A DNA stretch of 64,000 nt from the human T2T-CHM13v2.0 reference genome, Homo sapiens. This document shows, piece after piece, positions 11,145-24,589 of the stretch. A program made the translations under genes and the position numbers. Positions within the stretch are counted from its first letter, which is position 1. Each line of letters opens with the position of its first letter. Under the pieces are notes generated by a model. The model was not told where the DNA came from, made no database searches, and saw only the letters and a program-made list of their open reading frames with translations. The stretch lies in assembly GCF_009914755.1 (NCBI RefSeq), contig NC_060930.1; one strand, given 5' to 3'.

Positions 11145-14100
11145 GTAAGTCAGCATGGACAGCGGTGGTGCATTTAAAAAAAAAAATTGTCAAAGAAACT
11201 CTTTAAGAGATATATTTATGCAATTTGTGTGTGGATAAAGTTGGATAAAGTTGAAATTACACAGTTGAAATTTGTTTAAAATTTAGCAGCCAAAGTAGAA
11301 ATAATAAAAGAAGATAAGTAAAATTTTTATGGTCCTTACTGATCAGACTTTATGGTTTCTTACTGATCAGAGGACTGAAATAGATGTTAAAAGATGACCC
11401 ATCTATTACTCCCTCTTTATAGTGGAATGACTGTACTACCCAACGGAGATATGAATACACTTTAGTTTTAAAAGTTTAAAAATGAGATGACATAGACTTT
11501 CAGTGCCAGCATTAGATTATATTTCATAGGACTTTAAATTTCTCCTCTTAATCTAGAGATACTTTTATTTCCAGTGGAGGAAAATATGCTTTTTCTAACC
11601 CTTTTGCTAATTTTTTTTTAAGCTTTAGGACTGGTTTTTCAGCTTACTGATATCTTTGTCTAATCTGTACTTCCTGTTTTTTTTTAATACCTATTATTAT
11701 TTGTAAAATGTAAAACTTGAAACGGAGAACTCTTGATAGTTTTCATTATTAAAGGCATTGTGCCTTCATTACTTTCTGGTAATTGTTAATATTTTGTGTA
11801 GTGCTTTTTGCATTTGTGTTTAGTTTTTTTGACTTTTTCAAAGCACTTTCTCATGTATGTTCTTAGTTTAACTCTAGGAAGCAGATGCTTTTTTTTCCTA
11901 TTTGGTGTCTAAACAAAGTAAGCTACAGACACATTAAATAAGCACTATCACATAAATCAAAGGAGAACTCTAAATTTTCATTTTTACTGTGATATTCTTT
12001 TAAGAAATCTTAATATTCTAATTTTTCTAGCTTCATTGTTCACATTTCATGTTTACATTTAAAGTTCAAGGGCAGTTACACTTAGATGTTTTTTATTACC
12101 TTATTATAAAATATGCTATTACATTTCAGGGTTTTTCAGGTGACCTTATTCTTCCCTCTTTCAGTTTGCGAATGCAAAGTTTCTGACTTAAAGTGTGGCC
12201 TCCTTTCAGTCTTTTTATTTGAACATCTTATAGATCCTTTTGTCAGAGTTGGATTCCCCTTGTTATGGATGAAGCTATATTTACTACTAATTTCTGGGAA
12301 TTGAAATGTTGATTGTATTTTAGAGAAACTCATTGAAATTTATTCGGTATGTTTTATATGGTGAAAATTATCCTTATTAATTGTTTGATAAACAGAAAAA
12401 GAATCCTCATGTTTTAAAAAATCATTCTTTTTTATTGAGCTTATCAGTAAATAGAATTTGATCAGTTCATATTGTTTTCTGTTTGATTTAAAATATAGCT
12501 AGAAATGTGTTTCATAGGTTATAGTTGAAGAAAAGCAGATTATTTGCCCAATTTTAACTCTGGAAACAAAAAAGTTATTGCAACTATATTTTAAATTTTC
12601 ACAAATTTGGGGGATCTTTATCACATAAGTCTTTAAATGTTGATGGAGTCCCTTTGGGAATTGAAGGAGTAAAATCTGGAATCCACATCTTGCTTTGTAT
12701 TCATCTTGAATGTTTTACTTAGTTTATGTCAAAGTAATGGAATTTTTTTTAAAATTTAGGTAAATTACAACATTTTCTTTTTTTCGAAACTTTTCCTATA
12801 TAGTGTCACAACACACTGCCATATTTCTAGTAAAAATAATATATGTAATAATTTCAAACTATTGATGATTGGAAAGTTCTGTTTTTACTTGGTTTGGGGG
12901 ACCCTATTTCTATCTTTTATACATAGCTGTTATTTACTCCCTATATAGTAAACAGAGACTTTGTGGAACAGGGCGTGAAAACATCTTATTTCTGATTTGT
13001 TCTTTTCTTTCAATAAATAAGGAAATAATCTAGAGATGCTGAGACTTAGCCAAGTCAGAAAACTAACAGCTACTTTCAGGCTGCTGTTCTTTATTCCTTC
13101 CACTTAATTATACTACCTTTGGTGTACTATACTTAGGCCCTGTAAAGTTCAGAAAATACAGATGTTGGGAATTTAGTTCATGTTAACTGTCAGATTATTC
13201 ACTGAGCAGGTTTTATATCCTCAGTCGTGTTTTAGGCACAGTTGCATGCTAAGATAAAAGGCATAATTGATGGAAGTCAGTAGTGTATGTCGTAAGCATT
13301 AATTCAGAGATTCCTGCTACCTTTTTAAATTAGACGATCATATGTTCCTAGTATTAGTAATATAAAAGTGTTCTACCTCTTCTGTGATGTTAATACTTCA
13401 AAAAAAGTATTTTGGCTCAAATACAGCCTCAAATATAATGTGTGAAACTAGCCTTTTTAATATGTTTTAGAAAGTTGAAAACATACATGAAAAACTTATT
13501 GAAAATTTCATTATTAGGCACCGTAATAATTTGAGGTTAAATAATAGAAAGTACACTGACTTTGCTGTTAATAAAAGGGGTTTTATTTACTAGTTGATTG
13601 CTGATAGTAAGTTTCTTAATGTTTTTTCCCTTAACTAACAATGGAATGATTTAGTACATGTATATGTCTGCTGGAATACCTGACATGGAAGTTATTACAA
13701 ATGTTATTTTTCCTTCTTTCCTCCCTCCTCCATTGTTTTAAACCCATCCCATTTTGTTTTTGTTCTAATCTATAAAGGATATAAATCCCTGACTTTGTTC
13801 ACAGATATGATTTTCTTATTTATAAAGTCATATGTAAACATTTATGTGTATATATAAACTATGTATATAAATGCAGACTGACTTTTGTACATGTAAGAAA
13901 GACATATACAGAACACTCAGATTTTCTTTTTTTAATGACATGACATAACTTTTTAGCTTCTTCATATATATTCTCATATATAATGTAGTTTTATAAATAT
14001 CAGAGCTGTTAAGAACCATGCTTACAATTTTTTTTCTCTATTACAAACACTTCCTCAAAAATTGGTTTAAGGAAAATCTCAGTGCCACTACTAATTAATA

Positions 14101-14292
14101 ATAAAGCTTGTGTGGTCCACATATTTCTAAAATCATACATTATCTGAAAAGTAAAATTATCTTTAACTTAGTTTTAAAATGTAAGATAGAAAATTTTATA
14201 GTAACATAGCTGTTATATTAAGAAAGCCCAACTGATGAAGTTTCCTTACAGTGTAGTATTGTTTTTCTGTGATAAGATTTTCTATGATTAAA

Positions 14293-14618
14293 AGGCAATT
14301 TCATGCCTGTGATCACAGCACTTTAGGAGGCCAAAGCAGGAAGATTGCTTGCATCCAGAAGTTAGAGACTAGCCTGGGCAGCATAGTGAGACTAGCCTGG
14401 GTAACATAGTGAGACCGTGTCTCTACAGAAAAAAAAAAAAAAGCTGGGCATGATGGTGTGCACCTGTAGTCCCATGGTGTAGCTACTAGGGAGGGAGGCT
14501 GAGGTGAGAGGGTTTCTTAAAGCTGAGAGTTGGAGGTTGTAGTGAGCCTTGATCATGCCATTGCTCTCCAGCCTGGGTGATAAAGTGAGACCCTGTCTCA
14601 AAAATAAACAAAAAAAAA
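14293..14618 (+). mobile_element. AluJ-like SINE with an internal 23-bp tandem duplication
   Basis: catgcctgtgatcacagcacttt...gagaccctgtctcaaaaa; gagactagcctgggYarcatagt repeated at 14365 and 14388. Confidence 0.9.
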
Positions 14619-17600
14619 GCAATTTTAAAGAAACACATTATTCGATGGAAGCATTCATTGTTGAATAAGGAAACACATTTGTTTTTCTTCAAGTTTATTT
14701 GATATTTGGTAGTTGATCTATTTTTTAAAAATTACTTTTCCAATATTTCTCATTTCTTCCAGAAATAATTTATGGTGGAATTTTTCTAATAGGTACCTGT
14801 TGAGTAGCATATACTATAAAAAGTGAGCCTATATCTAAACTAGAATTTAAAAAAATTTAGTTTCTAATAGTTTCCTTGATCATACCATATTAAAGACTTG
14901 TAAGTACCATATAAGGCATTAGTGAATTTTTATTTATGTATGAAATATTTTAAAGATAGTATTGAGTCATATTTTTATAGTGAGATATTTTAAAGTAATA
15001 TTTAACATATTTTTCTTCTTTGATACCACAGAATTAAAATTGCTTTTCATCGCTGTAATTTCTATCATGGGCTAAAGACTAAAACTTGACTAAAAGTTGA
15101 TTTAGTTATAACTACATTATGAGATGTCAACATGCTGATTTATTACTCTGGCCTCTTAAAGCACCAAGCCATCCTTTTGGAAACTGTCTTGGTGTTCAGT
15201 GAGTAATAAAACAGGACTTTCTGGCTTAATGCATATTGAAATTAATACTAATATTAATTTTTCCCTTTGAAAGACAAAGGAATAAACCTAAAACCTAATA
15301 TACATCTTGTGTAAGTTAGATAACCTGCAAATAGTTATATGCCAAACATTGAAATGGTTTTATTCATTCTACAGCTGTTCTTTTTTCCTGTTTTGTAAAA
15401 TAATTATTTTGGTTTAGTCTTTTTTCTAGACATTCCTATCCTTGACTTTTCTTTCCAGATTTTGTTTCCTAGCCTGTTTGCCATGTTTCCCTTCTTACGT
15501 GTCAGGAAATTATTCTACCCTTCTCCATTTTGGTAAGATGAAAGTTTATAAAGCAATCAAAATAGTATTTTCAATATAAATAGGTGGTGCACATTGATTT
15601 TTCTTTGTAATTTTACTGAAAGTGTACATGTCTGTCTGTCTATTTATTCTAACCCTTTTGGTTTTCCATTTTTAGATACAATGAAATTCATTTTGGAAAA
15701 GTTTCCTGATTCGTTTAAAATATTCTTTTGATAATATTTTTTAAGAAAATTGGCAACCATAAAAATCAGTTTATTTTCTCTCCAAATTGGATATTTCATT
15801 TTGCTTTTTAAAAATTTTATGTGTTCCTAGCAACGTGCAGATTGTAAGTGGCTGGCAGAGTGACAATGTGATTGCAAAAGCTAAATGATTGTCGTGCCTG
15901 TTATGCCACGTGTACAGTGTAAATCCATTGTTATCCCTCTTAGGTAAATTTAAAAGCATTTAGATATGTCATGAGTCCAAAATGTGCACTGTTCCATTTT
16001 ACTAACCTAATGGCTTAAATGGAGAACCTGAGAGAGTTTTAGAATAGTAAAGTTACTTGTCTTGGTGTCATAGTTCAAAACTGGACATACAGAAGACATT
16101 TTACATGAGCATGGTGTATAATTTTGTAAATCTATGTTTTATTTACCCTTTCAGTTTCATTTTTCTTTGTCTTTTCCTGTGTTTTTCTGTTTCTTTTTCT
16201 TTCTGCAAGTTGCTTAAATATGCATTTGAAAATAATCTCTACAGGCTAAAATGATTGGATTGTACTTGTTAAGGTTTTTTCTTTGTGGGTTGTTAATGCA
16301 CACATCAGTGTAAAAGCAATTTTCACCCTTCAAATTACGACATATTTTAACATCTTTTAAAAATACTGATTGCTTTCTTTGTGATATTTACAAATAACAT
16401 GACATTTAAACATATATTTAAATTCAACCGCCTTCAGATTATATAATGCATTTTTCATTGTCATTTATTATTATGGTTTGTTATATTTCATGATTATTTA
16501 CAATTATCAAAAGACTCAAAACAAAAATCAAGCATATTAGAGTATCTGTTTTAATGAATCAGCTTAGTTGATACAAGTGAGAACACACAAAGAAATTGAT
16601 AGAAAAAATTATCAGCAAATTATTCTAGTTGTTATAAAATGCATATTACCGAACAGTGATGCCTTTTTTTCTGCCTTACCTTTGTGTCCTCCATCCCTTA
16701 AAAGCATTTTCTAAATAAGTTGATGAATAAGTTTTGTGGGCAGTGATGATGAGTATCTTTAGATCTTTTTAAAGAAACAAATAACTGAGTTAGAACATAT
16801 AAATATCTGACAGAAAGTATTATAAACATCTAGGCAGATGGTAATGTGAAGAATTAATACAGATCTGGACGATTAGACCAAAGGAATCTGCTATTAGTTA
16901 GAACATTTTGGCTGTGGTTAATATTCTGAGTTTGGAATCTGGGGTAAAGGAAGGTTATATTAAAAATGGAAGTATCTGTAGCAGTTTACCTTTTGGGTTC
17001 TTGATTCATATATAGATATCTGGGCTTTAGAGTTAAAGAAATTTCCTTTAGCAAGACTTTCTGAATCATCTAGGAAAAGGCAAAGTATTATATATCATTG
17101 TTGTAGAGTAGATTTGTCCTTAAACCCAAGTTACCAGGTCAGAGGTCAGCCAGCCTTTGATGATGAGGAAGTAAGTTGGTAATCCATGTAGCTTTTTCTC
17201 TTTTTTTTTTGGTATCTGATTTGCCTTAGATTTGTAGCTGTCTTATGATTACTAAACACAATAATGTCTAAACAAAGGTGCAGTGAACTATAAACAGTTT
17301 GAGTCCCACCTAATACTGTGCACATATATATACACATAAAGGTACATTAAATCATGCTTTTGCTTTATATTGAGAAACACAAATCAAAAGTGGCAGGGTG
17401 CCAGATAAAGTTTAATTCTTAACATATGAATATTCTACTTCTTGAAGTTCAAAACAAATTTTACATGCTGATTTTCCGAGATCTTTTAATTTATTATGAG
17501 TTTAAGAAGTAGATCTTTGTTAGGAACTTAAGATGAGTTTTTTATGCTACTACAGTTTGTGATACAGATTTATTTTTCACCAAGTACTTTTTGTTGAGAT

Positions 17601-17863
17601 CTAGGTCTCTATTGGAAACAACCTTTATAGTGTTAATAAAGTCATATACTAATATAAATGTATCAGGTAAAGAGGATTTTTTTTTTCTTTTAAGGGCGAG
17701 TGTTGTTTTCCAAATGCATATGAAAAGCACAGGTCAATTTGTGAGTTCTTCAAAGTAGTGGTACTCTTTTTAATTTATAGTTTGTCCAAAAACTGAAACA
17801 TTATTTTTTACCTTTAAAAAGGTACAGTTCTCTTAGTAAATAATGTTTATTTTTATTTTCTAG

Positions 17864-17976
17864 ATGTTGTAAATTTTGATGACATAGCTTCCTCAGAAAA
17901 CTTGCTTCATCTCACTGCAAATAGACCAAAGATGCCTGGAAGAAGGTTGCCGGGCCGTTTCAATGGTGGACATTCT
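17864..17976 (+). CDS. CD2AP: CD2AP coding exon (exon 14), capping-protein-interaction (CPI) motif
   Basis: ttctag|...|gtgagt; 113 nt; [38 protein letters not shown] contains LxHxTxxRPK. Confidence 0.97.
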
Positions 17977-18361
17977 GTGAGTTCATCTAATTGTCGTAAA
18001 CTACAGTATATTTAGCAAATGCAGAGTCCATTGGAAGATAGAGGACTTATAGCTCTACCTAAGTTTGAAAATCAGGAGGATAGCTCTTATACTCAAGTGG
18101 CAAATGCTGGTATTTAAGGAGATAGAGGGAGAGAGGTGTGTTCATTCCAACAGGGTCTGGAATGAAAGGTTACAGAATCAGAAGGAAATTATCAAGAGGC
18201 TATAGCCACAGAGCACAGGGTCAAAGGGTGACAAAGAAAGAACCTGTTTAATTTATCTTTCAACAACAGTTATTAAAATTGAGCAGCAGATACTCACTTT
18301 AGGAAAGATTGAGAAAATTTTTTCCCCTGAAATATTCAGTGTTTTTTTTCTTTTCTTTTTT

Positions 18362-19248
18362 TCTAAATTTTTAAAATTAACTTCAGCAGGTACATAATAG
18401 ATTTGTATATTTATGGGTTATGTGAGATATTTTGATACAGGCATGAAATGCATAATAATTATATCAGGGTAAATGCGGTATCCATCACGTCATGAATTTA
18501 TCTTTTGTGTTACAAACCATCTAAATTGTACTCTTAGTTATTTTTAAGTGTACAATTAAATTATTTTTGACTAGTAGTTACCCTGATGCTACCAAATACT
18601 AGGTCTTACTCATTCTTTCTACTTTTTGTACTCATTAACCATCCCCCCATCCCTACCGCCACCACACTAACACCCTTCCCAGCCTCTGATAACCATCTTT
18701 CTGTTCTCTATCTCCATTAGTTCAGTTGTTTTAATTTTTATAGTGAGAATATGCAAAGTTTGTTCTTCTGTGCCAGGTTTAGTTCACTTAACATAATGAA
18801 CTCTAGTTCCATCCATGTTGCAAATGACAGGATCTCATTCTTTTTTGTGACTGAATAGTAGTCCATTGTCTATAGTTACCACATTTTCTTTATCCATTTG
18901 TCTGTTGATGGACACTTAGGTTGATTCCAATTCTTGGCTGTATTCTTGTGAATAGTGCTACAGTAAACATGGGAGTGCAGATATCCCTTTGATATACAGA
19001 TTTCCTTTTTTTGGTATATACCTAGCAGTGCTGGATCAGATGGTAGCTCTATATTTAGTTTTTTGAGGAACTTCCAAATTTTTCTCCATAATGATTGTAC
19101 TCATTTACATTCCCCCCAACAGTGTACGAGGGTTCCCTATCTCCATATCCTTGCCAGTATTTGCTATTACCTATCTTTTGGATAAAAACCATTTTAATTG
19201 GGGTGAGGTAATAACTCGTAGTTTTGATTTGTATTTCTCTGATGATTG
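18362..19248 (-). mobile_element. L1MA2/3-like 3' fragment
   Basis: Reverse L1 3'UTR and ORF2 end (gcaaatgacaggatctcattctttttt; gggagtgcagatatccctttgatatac). Confidence 0.85.
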
Positions 19249-19625
19249 TTGTGAAATATTCATTGTTTTTGTAGTACTTGTCCTCATGTCTAAATGTATT
19301 AACTTCTTTGTATGCTTTTTCTACATTGCCTGGAGTACTGGTGGTACTGTAATGTTAATATATTAGCTCTTAAACACTATAGTACTTTTAAAATTACCTA
19401 AATGGAGAAAATCCTTACTGCTAAGAGGCAAGCTGTTTTTGCCCTCAAGATATGCAAATGTGTTATTCAGCTTGAAAGTATATAGCATCCTATTAATAAT
19501 AATGGGATATCAGCAACAGTAGCAGCTGAAAATCCATAAAAGTTATTTGCTTTATTATCCAAAGACTTACTACCTTTTCTTTTCTTTGGTCTATTATGTC
19601 TCTTGACTTCTAAAAAATCATTTAG

Positions 19626-19727
19626 CCAACTCACAGCCCCGAAAAAATCTTGAAGTTACCAAAAGAAGAAGACAGTGCCAACCTGAAGCCATCTGAATTA
19701 AAAAAAGATACATGCTACTCTCCAAAG
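19626..19727 (+). CDS. CD2AP: CD2AP coding exon (exon 15)
   Basis: tttag|...|gtgagg; 102 nt, phase 0/0; [34 protein letters not shown]. Confidence 0.95.
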
Positions 19728-20821
19728 GTGAGGTGCATTGTGGTCTAAGGTTTGTTGACTTTCTGGGATTCTTTGTGGACATCAAACATAGGGAATTTAA
19801 GGTGTTCTTTAGGACGAATTATTTTTTCTGCCAAGAAATGAAATAATTGCTGCTAAAAAATTGAGTTGTTTAGCTTCATCAGACTATTTTCTGCAAATGT
19901 TTTTGAAAGAGCTTACATTTTAATTGAATAAAATAAATATTACATATTTCATATTTTTTAAGGCATAGATCTCTGCATCTATTTCGTTTCTCCATTAAAC
20001 ATACATTCTTAAGGTCAGGAATGAACACTTGTATAGTACTTACCTAGCTTGGTGCTTAGTACAATAATTAAGCATTCAGTATATACTGGAATTAATGGCA
20101 GAATACTGTATGTCCATGGATCCTTTCATCTGTTACATGTGTTAGGTGTCTTGTCAAAATTTTTACCATTTTTATTTAACATAGTTTCACTACAACTGAG
20201 ACATAGATTTAAGAAGGTCATTTAGGTTTCCTCCCAAATTATTTCTTGATTTCATTTCAGGGCATTTTTGTCAGCGTTTCCAATTTATTAAATACACTTA
20301 ATCTGATTCTCTCAGCTGTCAGCAGTCTATTGAAATTTTATTAAAGTGACTTTCTATTTTTTTAGTGAAATAGTTAAGGGGTGTCAGGCTATGGACTCGT
20401 TTTAGTGACTCTTCCTGGACCTATTAAATTGTTCACAATTACTTTTAAGTGAAGCTCTTTGGACATTCCAAACAATAAGTATTGAATATGAAAGATCAAA
20501 GTAATACCTTTATAATGCTGTTACATTCTTGCCCCTGTTTCACTAGGCAAACCATCCATAATATACATTTGATGGATTTTTCTTTCTTCCTTTTTTCTTC
20601 TGTTAATAAAATTGTCATTTTCTACAAAAACCACTAATGATTACAAATGTATTCTTTAGTTGTCTGGTGATTTTTCCAGTTGTGAACATCAAATTGCTTT
20701 TGAATTTCCAAATTTGCCACTTATCTTGAAGTACTTAATTGTTTTTCTTCTTGCTGTTAAAATCTTTCGAACGTAAATATAATATTAAATAAAATCAGAA
20801 ATTTTTTTTTTACGTTTTCAG

Positions 20822-21003
20822 CCATCTGTGTACCTTTCAACACCTTCCAGTGCTTCTAAAGCAAATACAACTGCTTTCCTGACTCCATTAGAAATCAAAG
20901 CTAAAGTGGAAACAGATGATGTGAAAAAAAATTCCCTGGATGAACTTAGAGCCCAGATTATTGAATTGTTGTGCATTGTAGAAGCACTGAAAAAGGATCA
21001 CGG
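20822..21003 (+). CDS. CD2AP: CD2AP coding exon (exon 16), start of coiled coil
   Basis: ttttcag|...|gtaagt; 182 nt; [61 protein letters not shown]. Confidence 0.97.
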
Positions 21004-21093
21004 GTAAGTAGCCCTTCTTTTCTCCTATGAGTACTACTTAACCCATGCATAAAGAATTTTTTTCAAACCATATTAAGTAAAAATCTAATCTGT

Positions 21094-21216
21094 GGCTGGG
21101 TGTGGTAGTTCGCGCCTGTAATCCCAGCACTTTGGGAGACCAAGTTTGGAGGATTGCTTGAGTCCAGGAGTTCGAGACCAGCCTGGACGACATGACAAAA
21201 CCCCATCTTTGCAAAA

Positions 21217-21254
<38 letters not shown>

Positions 21255-21409
21255 GCCAGGCTTGGTGACACATCCCTGTGGTCCCAGCTACTCAAGAGGC
21301 TGAGGTGGGAGGATGTCTTGAGCCTGGGAAGTCAAGGCTGCAGTGAGCCGTGAACATGCCAGTGCGCTCCAGCCTGGGCAACAAAACCAAGACCCTGTCT
21401 CAAAAAAAA
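21094..21409 (+). mobile_element. AluJ-like SINE with an expanded middle A-rich linker
   Basis: ggctgggtgtggtagttcgcgcctgtaatcccagcactttggg...gaccctgtctcaaaaaaa. Confidence 0.92.
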
Positions 21410-22650
21410 GTCTCTGGTATGAGCAAGTATATTTTCAAAGAAATTTTCATTAACAGTCCTTTTCTCTTTTTGGCAAAAAAGTTAAATTGGTGAAGTTATT
21501 CTAGTAGCTGGATTGTGGAAAACGTGCATACATAACCATAATTTTAGGCTAGAAATCTTCTGGTCGGATATGATTAGTTTTTAAACTACTAGGAAAAATA
21601 TCGTATTTTGGATCTGGTTGTGTATCTATACATATAGTTAACTTAGTTTTCAGAGGATTTGATCACTGTTTCTGTGAGGTTGAGTTGGACATTTATAAAA
21701 TGAATGTGTTGGGATAGGTGATCTCTAAAACTCTTCCCTTAACTCTGAAAATTTTTTGATATGGTATATGTTGAGAGATACCCTAGTTGAAAGTTAGGGA
21801 CTTTTTAGAGCTAAAACAAATTTACAAGATCACCTATTATAGGTGAGCTCCCCCTCTGGCTTTTTAAATGAAGAAATTGACAGAGCTAGAACTCAAACCC
21901 ATATTATCTGTTGGTTTAGAGATGTTTTCTATAACCACTAGTATTTGAATTTTAAAACTTGTTCACATTTTAAGCACAATTCTACAAAAGCCCAGTAGGT
22001 AAAATATATTTTAAAAAAAGCAGTTAATCTAATTGAAATGAGAGTGAGGGTGCTCATCCCTTGTCTTCAAATTCCCTTCTAAAAAGATTTCTTGGAATAT
22101 GGTACAAAAGTTATGGCCAAATAAAAAGTATAAAAGAACAAAAAATAAAAATAAAACATAAATGTTATGGCCAGAGGCCATGTTCCCTCTGAGCCTGATT
22201 TTATCATTTCTTTTCCAATTTTAAGTTGGCCTAAGAATCTTATTAAAAATAATATTGAGATTAACAGTATAAGGTATTTGGAGTTTGCAGAACACTTTCA
22301 CAGGTATTCCTTAGAAATAAAAAATGTATCTTGAATGACTACTTAAAAATATGTTTTATATATTATGTATATAGAGGAGTTTATAATTTAATACATGATG
22401 GTATTTCTTGGAATCCTTCAGTTTATCTGTTTTGAAAGATTCTTTTAGTAGATTCTGCAACATGCACATTATAAGCTGTAAGTTTACTTGTCCAGTAAAT
22501 ATTTATTAATCACCACCCATGTACCAGTTAGAGAATTCTCCTGATTCGATTTTGTTGTTTTACATTTTTTATACCATGTCCTGATTTTCATATGCATATT
22601 GCCTGTAGGTGCTCTTAAATTAGCTCTAGAACGGATAAAATATTTCTGAT

Positions 22651-22651
<1 letters not shown>

Positions 22652-22689
<38 letters not shown>
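22652..22689. repeat. (TA)n plus poly-T simple repeat
   Basis: Directly visible. Confidence 0.9.
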
Positions 22690-22809
22690 AATATAAAACA
22701 TTTTAGAAGTCTTTCCAAAGGGTATTTTCAATATCTTGAGTTTCTCTGGCAAAGTGAAACTGAATGGCAGGTTTTTTTTTTTTTAATATCTAAAAAACTT
22801 GCATCAGCA

Positions 22810-23190
22810 GGAGAAGGGATAAATACTATTGATATATTAATAGAGAAATACTACACAGCATACAACAATAAAAGTAAGTTTCAACATCAATATGAATTAA
22901 TCTAAACATTGAGAGGAGGGAGCAGGTCAGAAGCATACACGCAATCAGTGTATTTCATTTGTATAAAGTTGAAAAGCATACCAAACCAGAAAATATATTA
23001 TTTTAAGAATGTATTTGCGTGTGGCAAAATTAGAACAACAAATAAATAATAATAAATACTATAAAACTTTTTCTATGGAAGAGGGGGGGAAATAGGATTA
23101 AGGAAAGAGGGTCGCTTTTTGGGATATCCAAGGTACTGGTAATATTTTATTTCTTTACTTGGAGTTCAGAGGTTTTCGCTTTACTCTTAT
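22810..23190 (+). mobile_element. Ancient L1ME-like 3' fragment
   Basis: Degenerate gaaatactacacagca...tcaacatcaatatgaattaatct...ttcatttgtataaagtt. Confidence 0.45.
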
Positions 23191-24175
23191 AATAGTAGAT
23201 CTTTATAGCTTAGTTATCACTAAGAAATTATTGCCAAGAAGTTAGTTTTGAAACATTATATAAATAATTTTAAAATTCCTTCCTTATGTATTTTTTCTTC
23301 ATGAATTTTTTCTTTTTTACTTTTTCAAGCTGTTATTTCTACAGTATTCTCAAGAATTTTTCAAGTATTTGTTGAGACTGAAAATGTCCATACTTTTGAT
23401 TTAGAAATTTGATATACTAACATATTCCTCCCATTCCTTCTGTCTCATTCCTCGATTCCTTCCACTCCTTCTGTCCCCAGAATAATGAATCAGCCAAACA
23501 AAAAACCTCGATATTTGAATACCAAATCACAATTATAAATATGAAAATTTTAGCAGCATGAAAATGGTTTAAAATTTGTGAAAAGACATAATATTGAATA
23601 TTCACTTAAAGCTATAGAAAAAAGGACAACTATATAGAAAGATTAGAAGGGAACACGGGAAGGTGAAAAGATGAGTTGAGGAGAGACTATTGGCTAGAGT
23701 TTTTAATTTGTTTGGTTTTTGGATTTTAATGTGTTATTTAATTTTTAAAAATAGAGAAAGAAATTCAAAGTCTAGGTTATGTTACCAGATAAACTGTTAA
23801 CTTGCCTTGTATTGTGATGTGTTGATATTCATTTTACCAAATTGCTTGGGCTTTCAGTTTTCCAACCTGGAAAATGTATGATAGCCGAATATAGAAAATT
23901 TCTTCTAAAGGTTAGATATTATTTCTGTCTTCGTGAGCTGCTCTGAATTTGCTTGATTTCTTGATCTCAGATTTGTCTTGGTTTTGCTGAATTTTTAACT
24001 GTTATATTGAACCATTCTAACTAGAGAATCTTACATTTTTCTTAATTAACATTGCTATTGCCCTTAAAAAGTTTTTCCCATGAACTGGTAGGTTAGGTAA
24101 CAAAAAGCCTGTAAACATTAGTCAAATAAATTATTTAATCGAAAGACTTAACAGTAATAAGTACTTTGTTTTTAG

Positions 24176-24239
24176 GAAAGAACTGGAAAAACTGCGAAAA
24201 GATTTGGAAGAAGAGAAGACAATGAGAAGTAATCTAGAG
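24176..24239 (+). CDS. CD2AP: CD2AP coding exon (exon 17), coiled coil
   Basis: tttttag|...|gtaatt; 64 nt; (G)KELEKLRKDLEEEKTMRSNLE. Confidence 0.96.
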
Positions 24240-24352
24240 GTAATTAATTTCTTCCAGCATTGAGAGTTTAGTGAGCATAAACTGGACATGTTTTTCCCAA
24301 CCCAACTGGGTAATCGGTTCCTGTACAAATTATGCTATACTACTTCAGTTGG

Positions 24353-24575
24353 ACATACACACAATGGACTACTATTCAGTCACAAAAAAAGAATGAGATC
24401 CTGTCATTTGCAACAACATGGATGGAACTGGAGGTCATTATGTTAAGCCAGGCACAGAAAGAGAAACTGCATGTTCCCACTTATTTGTGGGAGCTAAAAA
24501 AAATTGAAACGATTGAACTCATAGAGATAGAGAACAGAAGGATGGATACCAGAGGGTGGGACGGATATTAGTGGA
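24353..24575 (+). mobile_element. L1MA-like short 3' fragment
   Basis: gaatgagatcctgtcatttgcaacaacatggatggaactggaggtcattatgttaag. Confidence 0.8.
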
Positions 24576-24589
24576 ATTAATTAGTGGCA

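Noticed and set aside
10958-11206. 82-aa stand-alone ORF
   Set aside because: It is the CD2AP exon 11002-11144 read through its intronic flanks.
14365-14410. 23-bp direct repeat
   Set aside because: Simple slippage duplication within an Alu; two copies and no spacers, so not an array.
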